51,397 bases of DNA, from assembly GCA_947627415.1 (NCBI GenBank), contig CANQVU010000003.1:1-51397 (forward strand), written 5' to 3'. Position 1 is the stretch's first letter, and each line of letters starts with the position of its first letter. This document shows, piece after piece, positions 13,872 to 25,224 of this stretch. This DNA is from an uncultured Clostridia bacterium (lineage in GTDB: Bacteria > Bacillota > Clostridia > TANB77 > CAG-508). The translations under genes were made by a program, and so were the position numbers. The notes beneath the pieces were generated by a model. It saw nothing but the letters and a program-made list of their open reading frames with translations. It was not told the origin of the DNA and did not search any database.

Positions 13872-13886
13872 AAAGTGGGATGTAAA

Positions 13887-15694
13887 ATGATAAAAATTAA
13901 ATTAAAAAAAAACGAAAAAAATTTAAAGAAAATTGACGGAGAGTTTTGTATAAAAGATAAAATATCTCCTGCATATATCAATTTAAGCAATCCAAAATTT
14001 ATTGAAATTGATAATATGTATTATTCAGGAGTAATAATTGTTAATTATTATAGAGAATATAATGAATTAATTTTAAAAAAAATATTAGATTCAAACTTAA
14101 ATATGAATATTTCAATTTTTTATGAAAAACAAGACCCATATAAAGCAATTAGAAATTTAACATATCATATAGCAAACGTAGGAGTAGATTTAAAAGAAAG
14201 TAATCAAAATAGGCAAGATATTGATATTGCTGCATTTACATATAATGATGCAAAATATATTAGAAGAGAAATACAAGTAAATAACGAAGATATATATTTT
14301 TTGTATATTTATTTAAATGTGTTTTCTGAAGATATAAGTAAACAAGAATATTTAATAAATAAAATAGAAGGAATTTTACAAAGTATGCGGACTTCAAACG
14401 AGAAGAGCTAATTTTAGGCAAGAGCAAGTATTTCTATCTTGCCTTCCAATAATGGAAAATAATAATGATATTAAATTTGCATCGAGAAGAAATGTTTTAA
14501 CTAGTGGACTTGTTTCTACATATCCATTTATATCTTCTAGCATTTTTGATGAAGAAGGAATTTTCTGTGGGACCAATATTTATAATAATTCTTTAATATT
14601 TATAGATAGATATAATCAGGACAAATATAAAAATGCAAATATGTGCATTTTTGGTACAAGTGGCTCTCGGAAAATCTTTTTATACAAAATTAATGATTTT
14701 AAGATATAGACTTTTAAATATAGAACAATATGTTATTGATCCTGAAAGAGAATATGAAAAACTTGCTAAGAATTTAAATGGAACAATATTAAAAATAGGA
14801 CCAAATTCAAATACATATATAAATATATTAGATATTAGAAAAGAATCCATAGAAGATGGCAAAGGATATTTGGCAACTAAAATTGCAAAACTAATAGGAT
14901 TTTTTAATTTAATATTTGGAGAAATGAATGAAGAAGAAAAGGCTATACTAGAAGAAAAAATAATAAAATGCTATGAAAAGAAGAATATAACATTTGATGA
15001 TAATAGTCTATTAAAAACAGAAGAAAATAAAGTTAGTATAGAACCAGTTTTTAAAGATAGTACAGATATGCCATTACTTGAAGATTTATTTAATATTTTA
15101 GGAGAAGATAAAATTACTAAAAAAATGCAAATAAAACTAATTCCATTTGTTAAAGGTTCTCTTAATTTTTTTAATAATTATACAAATATTGAATTAAGTA
15201 ACAAATTAATTATAGCAGATGTTTATGATTTAGGAGAAGAAAATTTAAAATATGGTATGTATTTATTTATTGATTTATTTTGGGACAAAATTAAAAATAA
15301 TAGAGAAATAAAAAAAGCAATTTATTTAGATGAGGTATGGAGATTAATAGGAGTTACATCTAATAAAGATGTAGCAAGCTTTATTTATAGGATATTTAAA
15401 ACTATTAGAAAATATGGAGGAAGTAGTATAGCAATAACACAAGATATTTCTGATTTATTTAGTTTAGATGAAGGTACATATGGAAAAAGTATTTTAAATA
15501 ATTCGAGCAATAAAATATTTTTTGCTCTAGAAGAAGAAAATATTAGAATTTTAAGTAAATATACTAATTTGTCTGAAAAAGAAAAAATAGAAATAAAATC
15601 TCTAAAAAGAGGAGAATGCTTAATGTTTGTTGGTGAAGAACATATTTTGAGTAAAATAGATGTTGCAGATTTTGAAAAAGAAATAATAGTTTAA
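13887..15694 (+). CDS. VirB4/TraE-like ATPase, about 601 aa after two +1 shifts (CGG 14388-14390 and 14668-14670)
   Basis: Three track ORFs join in register; restored Walker A NANMCIFGTSGS-[C]-GKSF, VIDPEREY, Walker B IYLDEVW, IRKYGG..AITQ. Confidence 0.88.
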
Positions 15695-15712
15695 ATTTAA
15701 AAGGAGAAAGAT

Positions 15713-16945
15713 ATGAAAATAATAACAGCACTAGAAAATCCAAAAACAAATGAAAAATTAAAAAAAGAAACAAATTTTGAGGTAATAGGAAATGATATTC
15801 AATATCAAGAAGGAGTAATAGAAATTTTAGAAAAAAATCCAGAAATTAATTTAATAATAATAAGTGAATTATTATCAGGTCAAATTGGGTTTAAAAGATT
15901 AATTGAAAAAATAAAATTAATTAATAAAAATATAGAAATAATAGCAATATTAAAAAATGAGAATGAAGAAACAAAAAATTATTTAATATCAAAAGGTGTT
16001 TTTAATATTTTTTATAATAATAAAATAACAAATAATGAATTAATAAATAAAATAAATAAAATTAATTCAGATATAAAAGAAAATGAAATTAATGAAGAAA
16101 TAAAAAATCTTAAAAAAATAATTTTAGAAAAAAACAATAAAAAAATATTAAAAGAAAATAAAATTAATAAAATATTTTTAAAGATAAAAAATAAAATAAA
16201 AAACAAAATAAATTTAAAAAATAATATTAATAAAATAGATAAAAATAAAATAATTAGCATAGTTGGAACAAATGGGATTGGAAAGAGTATTTTTTCTTCG
16301 ATATTAGCAAAAACAATAAAAAACAAAAAAATACTTTTGATAGATTTTGATATATTTAATCAAAGCATTAATTCAATATTTAATGTAAAAAGAATTAGCG
16401 AAAGAAAATCAATAACAAATAATAATATAAATAATTTAATAATTAAAATAAATAAAAATATTAATTTATTATGTGCTACAGATATTTTATTTGATGGAGA
16501 AAATAGAATAGAAAAAAATAAAATAAAAAATATACTAGAGGATTTTTTAGGTGAATACGAGTTAATAATAATTGACACAACTTCGGAATGTTTTTTTGAT
16601 TATACAAAAGAAATATTAGAAAGATCAGATATAATAATTTTTTTAGCAGGGGCAAATTTAACTGAATTAAAAAAGAGTAAAAATTTATTAGATATATATA
16701 TTAACAAATGGAAAATAGATAGACAAAAAATAAATATTTTGTTTAATAAAGATGACATTAATTCAATAGATAATAAAATATTAAAAATTTTATTTTCAGA
16801 TTTTAATATTCTAGGAAAAATTAAATTAAACAATAAGTTTAATTTAATAATTAATAATAATTTAAAAGTAATTAATAAAAAAATAAAAAAGGAATTTGAA
16901 AAAATAATAAAAAAATTGCATTTGGAGGAGGAAAAAGATGAGTAA
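15713..16945 (+). CDS. Receiver-like domain plus MinD/ParA-type ATPase (CpaE/TadZ-like)
   Basis: N-terminal degenerate REC-like region, K/N/I-rich linker, GTNGIGKS, ILLIDFD, LIIIDT. Confidence 0.7.
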   Translation: MKIITALENPKTNEKLKKETNFEVIGNDIQYQEGVIEILEKNPEINLIIISELLSGQIGFKRLIEKIKLINKNIEIIAILKNENEETKNYLISKGVFNIFYNNKITNNELINKINKINSDIKENEINEEIKNLKKIILEKNNKKILKENKINKIFLKIKNKIKNKINLKNNINKIDKNKIISIVGTNGIGKSIFSSILAKTIKNKKILLIDFDIFNQSINSIFNVKRISERKSITNNNINNLIIKINKNINLLCATDILFDGENRIEKNKIKNILEDFLGEYELIIIDTTSECFFDYTKEILERSDIIIFLAGANLTELKKSKNLLDIYINKWKIDRQKINILFNKDDINSIDNKILKILFSDFNILGKIKLNNKFNLIINNNLKVINKKIKKEFEKIIKKLHLEEEKDE

Positions 16946-17673
16946 TGAAATAGCACTTGAAAATGATTTAAATTTAGAGGAAAGTAAATCTAATAGCGTT
17001 ACATATGAGGAACAAAAAGGATTTCTAGAAACTAATTTGGGACAAGTTATAAATGGAGGAATAAATCTAGGATTAAAAGCAATACTACCAGATTTTTTAG
17101 AAGATCAAATTATAGAAATAAAAGACAGTATAATTACTGATGGATTTTCAGCAGGAATAAAAACAGCAATAGACAATGTTGTCGATATGGGGAAAAGTGT
17201 GCTTCGGAATATTTACAGGCAAATTTGAAAATATGTCTCAGGTAAAAAATGTAATAAAAAAAGGTGGATTAATTGATTCCGTATCAGATGTTTTAGATTG
17301 GGGAATAAAAAAATCAAAACAAAATGGATTAATAAATAATACAACAGCAAATGTTATACAAAAAGGGAAAAACACTATTTTAAATACAGTAAATAATAGT
17401 ATAGAAAATAATATGACATCACAAATGGAATCTATAGAAAAAATAGATAAATACATATCAAATTGGAATGAATATTATCAAAAACAGGATTTTAACAATA
17501 TGGATAAACAATATAAAAAAATTGAAAAAGAATTAAATAATATAATGCCATTAGAAAATATTCTAACAAAGGCAAGACAATTAGAGAATTTGCATTTGTT
17601 AATAAAAAATAAAGGAGGAGATTTTAATCTTTCAAAGGAAGAACTAGAACTTGCAAATAAATTAGTGTACTAA
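16938..17673 (+). CDS. Hypothetical helical protein, about 244 aa after a +1 shift at CGG 17205-17207
   Basis: ORFs 16938..17228 and 17176..17673 join as ...GKSVL-[C]-GIFTGKFEN...; GGAGG RBS only before the first part. Confidence 0.75.
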
Positions 17674-17741
17674 ATTAAATATATTAAATTAAATATTGCC
17701 AAAAAAGAAAAAAAGCATTAAAATAAGAAAGAAGGAAAAAC

Positions 17742-17818
17742 ATGCCAGAAGTTTCAAGATTTTATGGATATATCTTCATAGAAACGAAATAAAAGAAATT
17801 TGGAATAATGGGTATTAA
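17742..17818 (+). pseudogene. Internally deleted DUF4160-like remnant
   Basis: MPEVSRFYG start followed out of frame by LHRNEIKEIWN, resembling the two ends of DUF4160 proteins (recognised from memory). Confidence 0.5.
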
Positions 17819-17823
17819 TATAA

Positions 17824-17858
17824 AACAAAAACAGCTGTGTAAGCAGCTGTTTTTGTTA
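17824..17858. terminator. Bidirectional intrinsic terminator
   Basis: ACAAAAACAGCTG-TGTAAG-CAGCTGTTTTT between convergent genes. Confidence 0.75.
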
Positions 17859-17864
17859 TATCAT

Positions 17865-18050
17865 TTATTTTCTTTTTTTTACCATTGCCTGCATGATACA
17901 AGAATTACCATTGAAAGAATCGTATGCTATGGCAATTCCACCCTGGGGCACATAACCTTTTTTCAGATATGAGTTTACCCGATTTTGAAGGTCATTTGTG
18001 GAAAGATCGATTTCACCATCAACAAGGGATCTAATAATTATATATTTCAT
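17865..18050 (-). CDS. DUF1737-like small protein
   Basis: 61 aa; VN..L..GY.PQGG and terminal QAMVK pattern; AGGAG RBS; contains an in-frame CGG at 17979-17981. Confidence 0.65.
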   Translation of the reverse strand: MKYIIIRSLVDGEIDLSTNDLQNRVNSYLKKGYVPQGGIAIAYDSFNGNSCIMQAMVKKRK

Positions 18051-18279
18051 TTCAACACTCCTTATAGTTATAATATGAGTGATTCTATCTTACACTAGAA
18101 TCAAAAAAATGTAAAAATATTATACCACAAAATTATGTAAAATGCAATAAAAAATTTATATTATCATTATTAATAGAAGGCATATTTCCCTAAGTTTTTT
18201 TGTGATTTTTCTTGCATATTCAAATTTGTTAATATATAATATGAAAAGATGAAATAATAGATGAAAAGGGGTAAAATTA

Positions 18280-20715
18280 ATGGATAACGCAGAAGAAAAT
18301 ATTATACGAAGAGATATTGAAAATGAGATGAGAACAGCATATATAGATTATGCCATGAGTGTTATAGTAGCACGTGCACTTCCAGACGTTAGAGATGGTA
18401 TGAAACCAGTACATAGAAGAATTCTATACACTATGCATGAAGATGGATTTACACCAGACAAGCCATATAGAAAATGTGCTACAACTGTTGGTGACGTGCT
18501 TGGTAGATATCATCCACATGGCGATGCATCTGTATATGATGCATTGGTAAGAATGGCTCAAGATTTCTCTATGAGATATATGATGATAGATGGACATGGA
18601 AACTTTGGCTCTGTAGATGGTGATCCACCAGCAGCATATCGTTATACAGAAGCAAGAATGTCTAAAATAGCTTTAAATATGCTTACAGATATAGAAAAAG
18701 ACACAGTAGATTTTATGCCAAACTTTGATGATAGACTTCAAGAACCAGTTGTGTTACCTGCAAGAATACCAGCACTTCTTGCAAATGGTTCATCAGGAAT
18801 TGCTGTAGGTATGGCTACAAACATACCTCCACATAATTTAGGAGAATTAATTGATGGAATAATAAAAATAATAGACGAAGATGAAGTTACAAACGAAGAT
18901 TTAATGTCTGTTATAAAAGGACCAGATTTTCCTACAGGCGCTACAATTTTAGGTAGAGAAGGTATAAAGCAAGCATATACAACAGGTAGAGGGAAAATTA
19001 CTTTAAGAGCAGAAGCAGAAATAGAAGAAATGAGTGGAAACAAACAAAGAATAATAGTTTCTTCACTTCCATATCAAGTAAATAAATCAAAATTAATTGA
19101 GCATATTGCAGATTTAGTGAAAGAAAAAAGAGTAGAGGGAATATCTGCAATAAGAGATGAATCAGATAGAGAGGAAAAAGTAAGAATTGTTATAGAGCTA
19201 AAAAGAGATGCAAATCCTCAAGTAGTTCTAAACCAGTTATATAAAAATACACAAATGCAAGATACATTTGGAATAATAATGCTTGCATTAGTAGATGGAA
19301 AACCAGAAATATTAACACTAAGACAATGCTTAGACCACTATATTGAGCACAGAAAAGTAGTAGTTTTAAGGAGAACAAAATTCGAGCTTGATAAAGCAGA
19401 AGCAAGAGCTCATATATTAGAGGGATTAAAAATAGCTTTAGATAATATTGACGAAGTAATTAATATTATTAGATCAGCATATGATGATGCAAAAGAAAGA
19501 TTAATGGAAAGATTTGGACTTTCTGAAATACAGGCACAAGCAATACTTGATATGAGATTAAAAACGTTATCAGGTCTGCAAAGAGAAAAAATAGAAGAAG
19601 AGTATAAACAATTAATGGAATTAATTGCTCATTTAAAAGAAATCTTATCAAGCGAAACACTAGTATATCAAGTAATAAAAGATGAACTATTAGAAATAAA
19701 AGAGAAATATGGTGATGAAAGAAAGACAAAGATTATTGCAGCAGAAGGGGAAATCGATATAGAAGATTTAATAAAAGAAGAACAATCTGTAATTGCCTTA
19801 ACACACTTTGGATATATAAAGAGAATGCCTATAAATACATACAGAAGCCAAAGAAGAGGGGGAAAAGGTATTACAGGAATTGCAACAAGAGAAGAGGATT
19901 TTGTAAAACAAATATTTACAGCATCTACACATGATACAATATTATTCTTTAGCAACAAAGGAAAGCTATATAGATTGAGAGGATACGAGGTTCCAGAAGC
20001 GGGAAGAACAGCGAGAGGAACAGCAATAGTAAATTTATTAAGTCTAGATGCAGGAGAAAAAATTTCGGCTATAATTCCAATTCAAAATTTTGCAGAAGGT
20101 AAATATTTATTGTTCTCTACTAAGAATGGTATTATAAAGAAAACAGCTCTTAATGAGTATAACTCTGCAAGAAAAACAGGATTATTATCAATTACTTTAA
20201 AAGATGAAGATGAATTAATAGATGTAAGATTAACAGATGGTGAAGATAATATAGTATTAGTTACAAGAAAGGGACTTGCAATTACTTTTGATGAGAAGGA
20301 TGTAAGACCTATGGGAAGAACATCTCAAGGTGTTATAGGCATAAGATTAAATAAAGATGATTATGTTATTGGAATGGAATCGATAATTTCTGGAAGTAAT
20401 GCAACACTTCTTGCAATAACAGAAAATGGATTTGGGAAAAGAACGGAACTAGACGAATATAGAGTTCAAACAAGAGGAGGAAAAGGTGTAATTACATACA
20501 AAATAACTCCAAAAACTGGTGACATAGTTGGAATTAGAATTGTTGTAGACTCAGATGATGTAATGTTAATTACAGATACAGGAACAATAATAAGACTTAA
20601 TGTGTCAGAAATAAGCATACTTGGAAGGTCAACACAAGGGGTTACATTAATGAGAACAAATGAAGGAAAAGTTGTAAGTATAGAAAAAGTTCCAGAAGAT
20701 AAAGAGGAAGAATAA
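18280..20715 (+). CDS. gyrA: DNA gyrase subunit A
   Basis: ALPDVRDGMKPVHRR, YHPHGD, AAYRYTEAR, GyrA-box QRRGGKG. Confidence 0.97.
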   Translation: MDNAEENIIRRDIENEMRTAYIDYAMSVIVARALPDVRDGMKPVHRRILYTMHEDGFTPDKPYRKCATTVGDVLGRYHPHGDASVYDALVRMAQDFSMRYMMIDGHGNFGSVDGDPPAAYRYTEARMSKIALNMLTDIEKDTVDFMPNFDDRLQEPVVLPARIPALLANGSSGIAVGMATNIPPHNLGELIDGIIKIIDEDEVTNEDLMSVIKGPDFPTGATILGREGIKQAYTTGRGKITLRAEAEIEEMSGNKQRIIVSSLPYQVNKSKLIEHIADLVKEKRVEGISAIRDESDREEKVRIVIELKRDANPQVVLNQLYKNTQMQDTFGIIMLALVDGKPEILTLRQCLDHYIEHRKVVVLRRTKFELDKAEARAHILEGLKIALDNIDEVINIIRSAYDDAKERLMERFGLSEIQAQAILDMRLKTLSGLQREKIEEEYKQLMELIAHLKEILSSETLVYQVIKDELLEIKEKYGDERKTKIIAAEGEIDIEDLIKEEQSVIALTHFGYIKRMPINTYRSQRRGGKGITGIATREEDFVKQIFTASTHDTILFFSNKGKLYRLRGYEVPEAGRTARGTAIVNLLSLDAGEKISAIIPIQNFAEGKYLLFSTKNGIIKKTALNEYNSARKTGLLSITLKDEDELIDVRLTDGEDNIVLVTRKGLAITFDEKDVRPMGRTSQGVIGIRLNKDDYVIGMESIISGSNATLLAITENGFGKRTELDEYRVQTRGGKGVITYKITPKTGDIVGIRIVVDSDDVMLITDTGTIIRLNVSEISILGRSTQGVTLMRTNEGKVVSIEKVPEDKEEE

Positions 20716-20716
20716 T

Positions 20717-20965
20717 ATGACGGAAGAAGAAAGGAAAAGATATTTTGGTGCCTTAGTAGAAAACTTATATAGTCAACTTAAAGCTGTATCAGAATGCACT
20801 ATACCAAATAAAAGTGAAATAGCAACAAAGATTATATATGATTTTTATATAGATTATAAAGATGACTATGTTATAGAAAATATTGAAGAAATAATGAGAG
20901 AACTTGATAGAGTAGATAATGATATGAAAAAGAATAGAAGACAAAAAGAAGAGACCGAAAGATAA
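20717..20965 (+). CDS. Hypothetical protein (82 aa)
   Basis: Starts 1 nt after the gyrA stop with a GAGG RBS; host-like codon usage. Confidence 0.7.
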   Translation: MTEEERKRYFGALVENLYSQLKAVSECTIPNKSEIATKIIYDFYIDYKDDYVIENIEEIMRELDRVDNDMKKNRRQKEETER

Positions 20966-21029
20966 AAATATAAAATTAGTATTGATTTAAATTAAAAAAG
21001 ATGTTAATATATAAAAATATAAAAAACAA

Positions 21030-21260
21030 AGAAAAGGACAAGACAAACAAAGTAAAACTGACAGAGAGCTAGATATGTGCTGAGAATCTAGTAAGATAAT
21101 AATTTGGGTGTTATCACCTTGGAGTTGCTTAAGTGAAATAAAGTAATTTAAGACGTAAATCTGCGTTAAAGATATCAAAGATGTATAAATTATAAATTTA
21201 TATAAATTAGGTGGTACCGCGTTTTAAAAATCGCCCTATATCTAGGGCGATTTATTTTTT
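21030..21260 (+). promoter_or_regulatory. T-box riboswitch leader (Ile, probable AUC specifier) with terminator
   Basis: AGAGA and GCTGAGA stem I motifs, TTATCACC specifier region, T-box AATTAGGTGGTACCGCG, hairpin AAATCGCCCTA-TATC-TAGGGCGATTT plus T tract. Confidence 0.9.
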
Positions 21261-21369
21261 CTTTTTTTGGACGGACTAGTTTTAGTCTTTTTAAAACACC
21301 AATTTTGAATTTTAAACCAAAAAAAGAAAAAAGACTAAAACTAGTCCGTCCAAAAAAAGAAAAAATAAA
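21251..21369. repeat. Palindromic repeat family C, copy 1 (42-bp perfect arms)
   Basis: 21251-21292 is the exact reverse complement of 21328-21369; core TTGGACGGACTAG shared with 38170-38244. Confidence 0.9.
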
Positions 21370-21384
21370 AAGGGAGGAATAAAT

Positions 21385-24159
21385 ATGTGTGAAGAAAAAA
21401 AGGATTATGGTAAAACTCTTAATTTACCAAAAACAGATTTTCCAATGAGGGCAAGTCTGCCAGAAAGAGAACCAGAGATTGAAGAAGAAATCTTTGAAAA
21501 TGATTTATATGAAAAAATATTAAAGAAAAATGAAGGTCACAAGCAATTTGTATTACATGATGGACCTCCATATGCAAATGGAGAAATTCATATAGGTCAT
21601 GCATTAAATAAAATATTAAAAGATACTATTGTAAGATACAAAGCACTAAAAGGGTATTATACTCCATATATACCAGGATTTGATACACATGGTATGCCAA
21701 CAGAAAAGAAAGCAATAGAAAAATTAGGATTAGATAGAGATAAAATTCCAGTATCTCAATTTAGAAATACTTGTTTAGAATTTACAAAAAATTATAAAGA
21801 TAAACAAATTGAAGGATTTAAAAGATTAGGGGTACTTGGAGATTGGAAAAATCCATATATAACATATGACCCAAGTTTAGAAGCAAGGCAAATTGGGGTA
21901 TTTTTTGATATGTATCAAAAAGGGTATATGTATAAGGGATTAAAACCTGTTTATTGGTGTACGGATTGTGAGACTGCTTTGGCAGAAGCAGAAATTGAAT
22001 ACCAAGATGTTGACACGATGTCTATATATGTTAAATTCGAAGTAAAAGATTCGCAAGGGAAATTTGATAAAGAAAATACTTATTTTGTAATATGGACTAC
22101 TACTCCTTGGACATTGCCTGGTAATGTAGGAATAACAATAGGTGGAGAATTTGAATATTCAATTGTAAAAACTGATAAAGAAAATTTAATAATTGCAACA
22201 GAATTAGTAGACAAAGTAATGAAAGAAGCAGGAATAGAAAACTATGAAACAATTCAGACAATATCAGGAGTTGAATTAGAAGGAGTAATTTGCAAACATC
22301 CATTTTTAGACAGAGAGTCAAAAGTAGTGCTTGGAAGTGACGATACAATAGTTGTCGATTTAGGAACAGGTACAGGTGCAGTTCATACAGCTCCTGGATA
22401 TGGAAAAGAAGATTATTTATGCGGAATAAAAAATGGATTAGATATTGTAGTAACAGTTGATGGGAAAGGCTTCCAAACAGATGGAGCAGGAATTTTTGCT
22501 GGGCTTAAATATGATGAATCTAATGATAAGATAATAGAATGGTTAGAAGAAAACAAATATTTACTACACAAACAAAAATTAAACCACTCTTATCCACACT
22601 GTTGGAGATGTAAGAATCCAATAGTATTTAGAGCAACAGAGCAATGGTTTTGCAGCGTAGATAAATTCAAAGAAAAAGCAGTAGAAGAATCACAAAAAGT
22701 AAAATGGATTCCAGGTTGGGGACTAGACCGAATAGCGAATATGATAAGAGAAAGAGCCGATTGGTGCATATCAAGACAACGTACTTGGGGTGTCCCAATT
22801 CCAATTTTCTATTGCAAAGATTGTGGAAAAGAATATGTAACTGATGAATCTATAAAAAAACTTAAAAAGATATTTAAAGAAAAAGGCTCAAACGCATGGT
22901 GGGATTTAACTGTAAAAGAATTAATGCCAGAGAATTCTAGATGTGCAGAATGTGGATGTGAAGAATTTGTAAAAGAAAAAGATATAATGGATGTATGGTT
23001 CGATTCAGGATCAACACATCAAAGTGTATTAGTAGATAGGGGGCTTCCATATCCAGCAGATTTATATCTAGAAGGAGCAGACCAATATAGAGGATGGTTC
23101 CAATCTTCACTACTTACATCTGTTGCAACAAATGGAATAGCACCATTTAAGGAAGTTTTAACGCACGGATGGACAGTAGATGGAGAAGGCAAAAAGATGT
23201 CTAAGAGTTTAGGAAATGGAATAAGTCCACAGGAGGTTATAAAAGAATATGGTGCAGATATATTAAGACTTTGGGTGCTTTCATCAGATTATCAATCAGA
23301 TGTAAGCTTATCTAAAGATATATTAAAACAAATAACAGAAGTGTATAGAAAAATGAGAAATACAGCAAGGTATATCTTAGGTAACACATCAGACTTTAAT
23401 CCAGACAAGGACCAAGTTAAGTATGAGGAATTAGAAGAAATCGATAAATATGCATTATTAAAGTTAAATGATTTAATAAAAAAATGTACTGAAAGTTATG
23501 ATAGGTATGATTTCCATGAGGCTTATCAAGCAATAAATATATTCTGTGTTACAGACATGAGTAGTTTTTACTTAGATATAATTAAAGATAGATTATACAG
23601 TTCAAAAGTAGATGCCAAAGCAAGAAGAGCAGCACAGACAACCATGTATATCATATTAAATTCATTAGTTAGGATACTTGCACCACTTACATGTTTTACA
23701 GCAGAAGAAATATGGAAATATATGCCTAAGACCAAAGATATGGACGTAGAAAGCGTTATGCTTACAGATTATCCAACTGTTAATGAAAAATATGAAAATG
23801 AAGAACTAAGAGAAAAATGGAAAAAGATAGTAGATATAAAAGAAATCGTTTCAAAGAAATTAGAAGAAGCAAGAGCAGAAAAAATAATTGGACACTCATT
23901 AAATGCAAAAGTAGTTCTTTATGCAGAAGATAGTTTATATAATTTTATAAAAGATAATATAGAATTATTACAAAGTGTATTTATAACATCTGGATTAGAA
24001 GTAGAAGAAAATAAAAGAGAAGCAGAAGTAAAATTGGGTGTAAAAGTAGAACAAGCTGAAGGAGAAAAATGCGAGAGATGTTGGATGTATTCGACTACAA
24101 TAGGAGAAGACAAAGAAAATCCTACAATTTGCCATAGATGTAGTGAAGTTTTAAAATAG
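21385..24159 (+). CDS. ileS: Isoleucine--tRNA ligase
   Basis: HDGPPYANG, HIGH, WTTTPWT, GTGAVH, KMSKS, C-terminal CERCW zinc finger. Confidence 0.98.
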   Translation: MCEEKKDYGKTLNLPKTDFPMRASLPEREPEIEEEIFENDLYEKILKKNEGHKQFVLHDGPPYANGEIHIGHALNKILKDTIVRYKALKGYYTPYIPGFDTHGMPTEKKAIEKLGLDRDKIPVSQFRNTCLEFTKNYKDKQIEGFKRLGVLGDWKNPYITYDPSLEARQIGVFFDMYQKGYMYKGLKPVYWCTDCETALAEAEIEYQDVDTMSIYVKFEVKDSQGKFDKENTYFVIWTTTPWTLPGNVGITIGGEFEYSIVKTDKENLIIATELVDKVMKEAGIENYETIQTISGVELEGVICKHPFLDRESKVVLGSDDTIVVDLGTGTGAVHTAPGYGKEDYLCGIKNGLDIVVTVDGKGFQTDGAGIFAGLKYDESNDKIIEWLEENKYLLHKQKLNHSYPHCWRCKNPIVFRATEQWFCSVDKFKEKAVEESQKVKWIPGWGLDRIANMIRERADWCISRQRTWGVPIPIFYCKDCGKEYVTDESIKKLKKIFKEKGSNAWWDLTVKELMPENSRCAECGCEEFVKEKDIMDVWFDSGSTHQSVLVDRGLPYPADLYLEGADQYRGWFQSSLLTSVATNGIAPFKEVLTHGWTVDGEGKKMSKSLGNGISPQEVIKEYGADILRLWVLSSDYQSDVSLSKDILKQITEVYRKMRNTARYILGNTSDFNPDKDQVKYEELEEIDKYALLKLNDLIKKCTESYDRYDFHEAYQAINIFCVTDMSSFYLDIIKDRLYSSKVDAKARRAAQTTMYIILNSLVRILAPLTCFTAEEIWKYMPKTKDMDVESVMLTDYPTVNEKYENEELREKWKKIVDIKEIVSKKLEEARAEKIIGHSLNAKVVLYAEDSLYNFIKDNIELLQSVFITSGLEVEENKREAEVKLGVKVEQAEGEKCERCWMYSTTIGEDKENPTICHRCSEVLK

Positions 24160-24175
24160 AAGTTTGATCACAAGA

Positions 24176-24212
24176 GAAAAGTTTCCAAAAATAATTTTGG
24201 AAACTTTTTTCT
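24176..24212. terminator. Bidirectional terminator between ileS and the dnaC-like gene
   Basis: AAAAGTTTCCAAAA-ATAA-TTTTGGAAACTTTT. Confidence 0.75.
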
Positions 24213-24225
24213 TGTGAATTAAAAA

Positions 24226-25224
24226 CTATTTTTTTAATCTAATATCATCACCATAAAATCTATATATATCATAATAACCTACAAATCTAGAGACTAAGCG
24301 CTCATCATATGTATTAAATAATCCTTTTAAATCTAAGTTAGTTGATATAATTGTTTTTATTGATTTACCATTTTGATTTAATAATCTGGTATTTATTATT
24401 TTATATAATTCAGTAAATTTCATGCTATTAAGTGTTTCTGTTCCTAAGTCATCTATTACTAATAAATCAACTGTTAATAGATTATTTGAAATTTTCGTTT
24501 GATTTTCAGGTTTTGCAAACAAATCGGAAATTAGATTATCAAGCATAACAGGTGCTGTTTGGTACATTACTGTTTTTCCTTTTTTTAATAGCTCATTAAT
24601 AATGCAATTTGAAAGGTAAGTTTTACCAAGGCCAGTTCCTCCTGAAAAAATTAAATTTTTAGTTTCTAAATTATCAAAATTTGATATAAAATTTTCTGCC
24701 GCTTCTTTAATACCAATTATATTTTCTCTTGGAGATATGCTTGAATCATATTTTTTTTCATTAGGACTATCAGAGAATAAAGTAATATTAAAATTATCAA
24801 ATGTTTGATTATCTATATTATTTATATTTTTTTGATTATACTCTAAATTGTATATTTTTTGTTTTAAACAATTACACATTGTAGATTTTCCATTTTCAAA
24901 AATATATCCAGTATCATTACATATTTTACAATTATATTTAACAGAAAGATAATCTTCAGGTATGTTTAAAGATTTTAATATATTCAGTTTTTCCATTTTT
25001 AAGTCTGCAATTTCTTTTTTTAAATTTTCTAATGAATTTTTAGAATTGCTTTTTAATATTTCTTTTGCAGTATTTATTGATAAGTTGCTTAATTTATTAT
25101 CTATGTCTTGTAATTTAGGGTTTGATAAATACAATTCTTTTTTACGGTTTTCAGCATCACGGATATTGTTTAATCTTTTTTGATCATATTGTTTTAATAA
25201 ATCATTTAATATTGAATTATTCAT
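24226..25224 (-). CDS. DnaC/IstB-family ATPase (probable helicase loader)
   Basis: CKICNDTG...CNC zinc motif, GGTGLGKT, LLVIDDLG, ISTNL; coupled to the DnaD gene. Confidence 0.88.
   Translation of the reverse strand: MNNSILNDLLKQYDQKRLNNIRDAENRKKELYLSNPKLQDIDNKLSNLSINTAKEILKSNSKNSLENLKKEIADLKMEKLNILKSLNIPEDYLSVKYNCKICNDTGYIFENGKSTMCNCLKQKIYNLEYNQKNINNIDNQTFDNFNITLFSDSPNEKKYDSSISPRENIIGIKEAAENFISNFDNLETKNLIFSGGTGLGKTYLSNCIINELLKKGKTVMYQTAPVMLDNLISDLFAKPENQTKISNNLLTVDLLVIDDLGTETLNSMKFTELYKIINTRLLNQNGKSIKTIISTNLDLKGLFNTYDERLVSRFVGYYDIYRFYGDDIRLKK

Noticed and set aside
16010-16260. Extremely A-rich tract as a possible tandem repeat
   Set aside because: It is an in-frame K/N/I-rich linker of the CpaE-like gene with no defined repeat unit.
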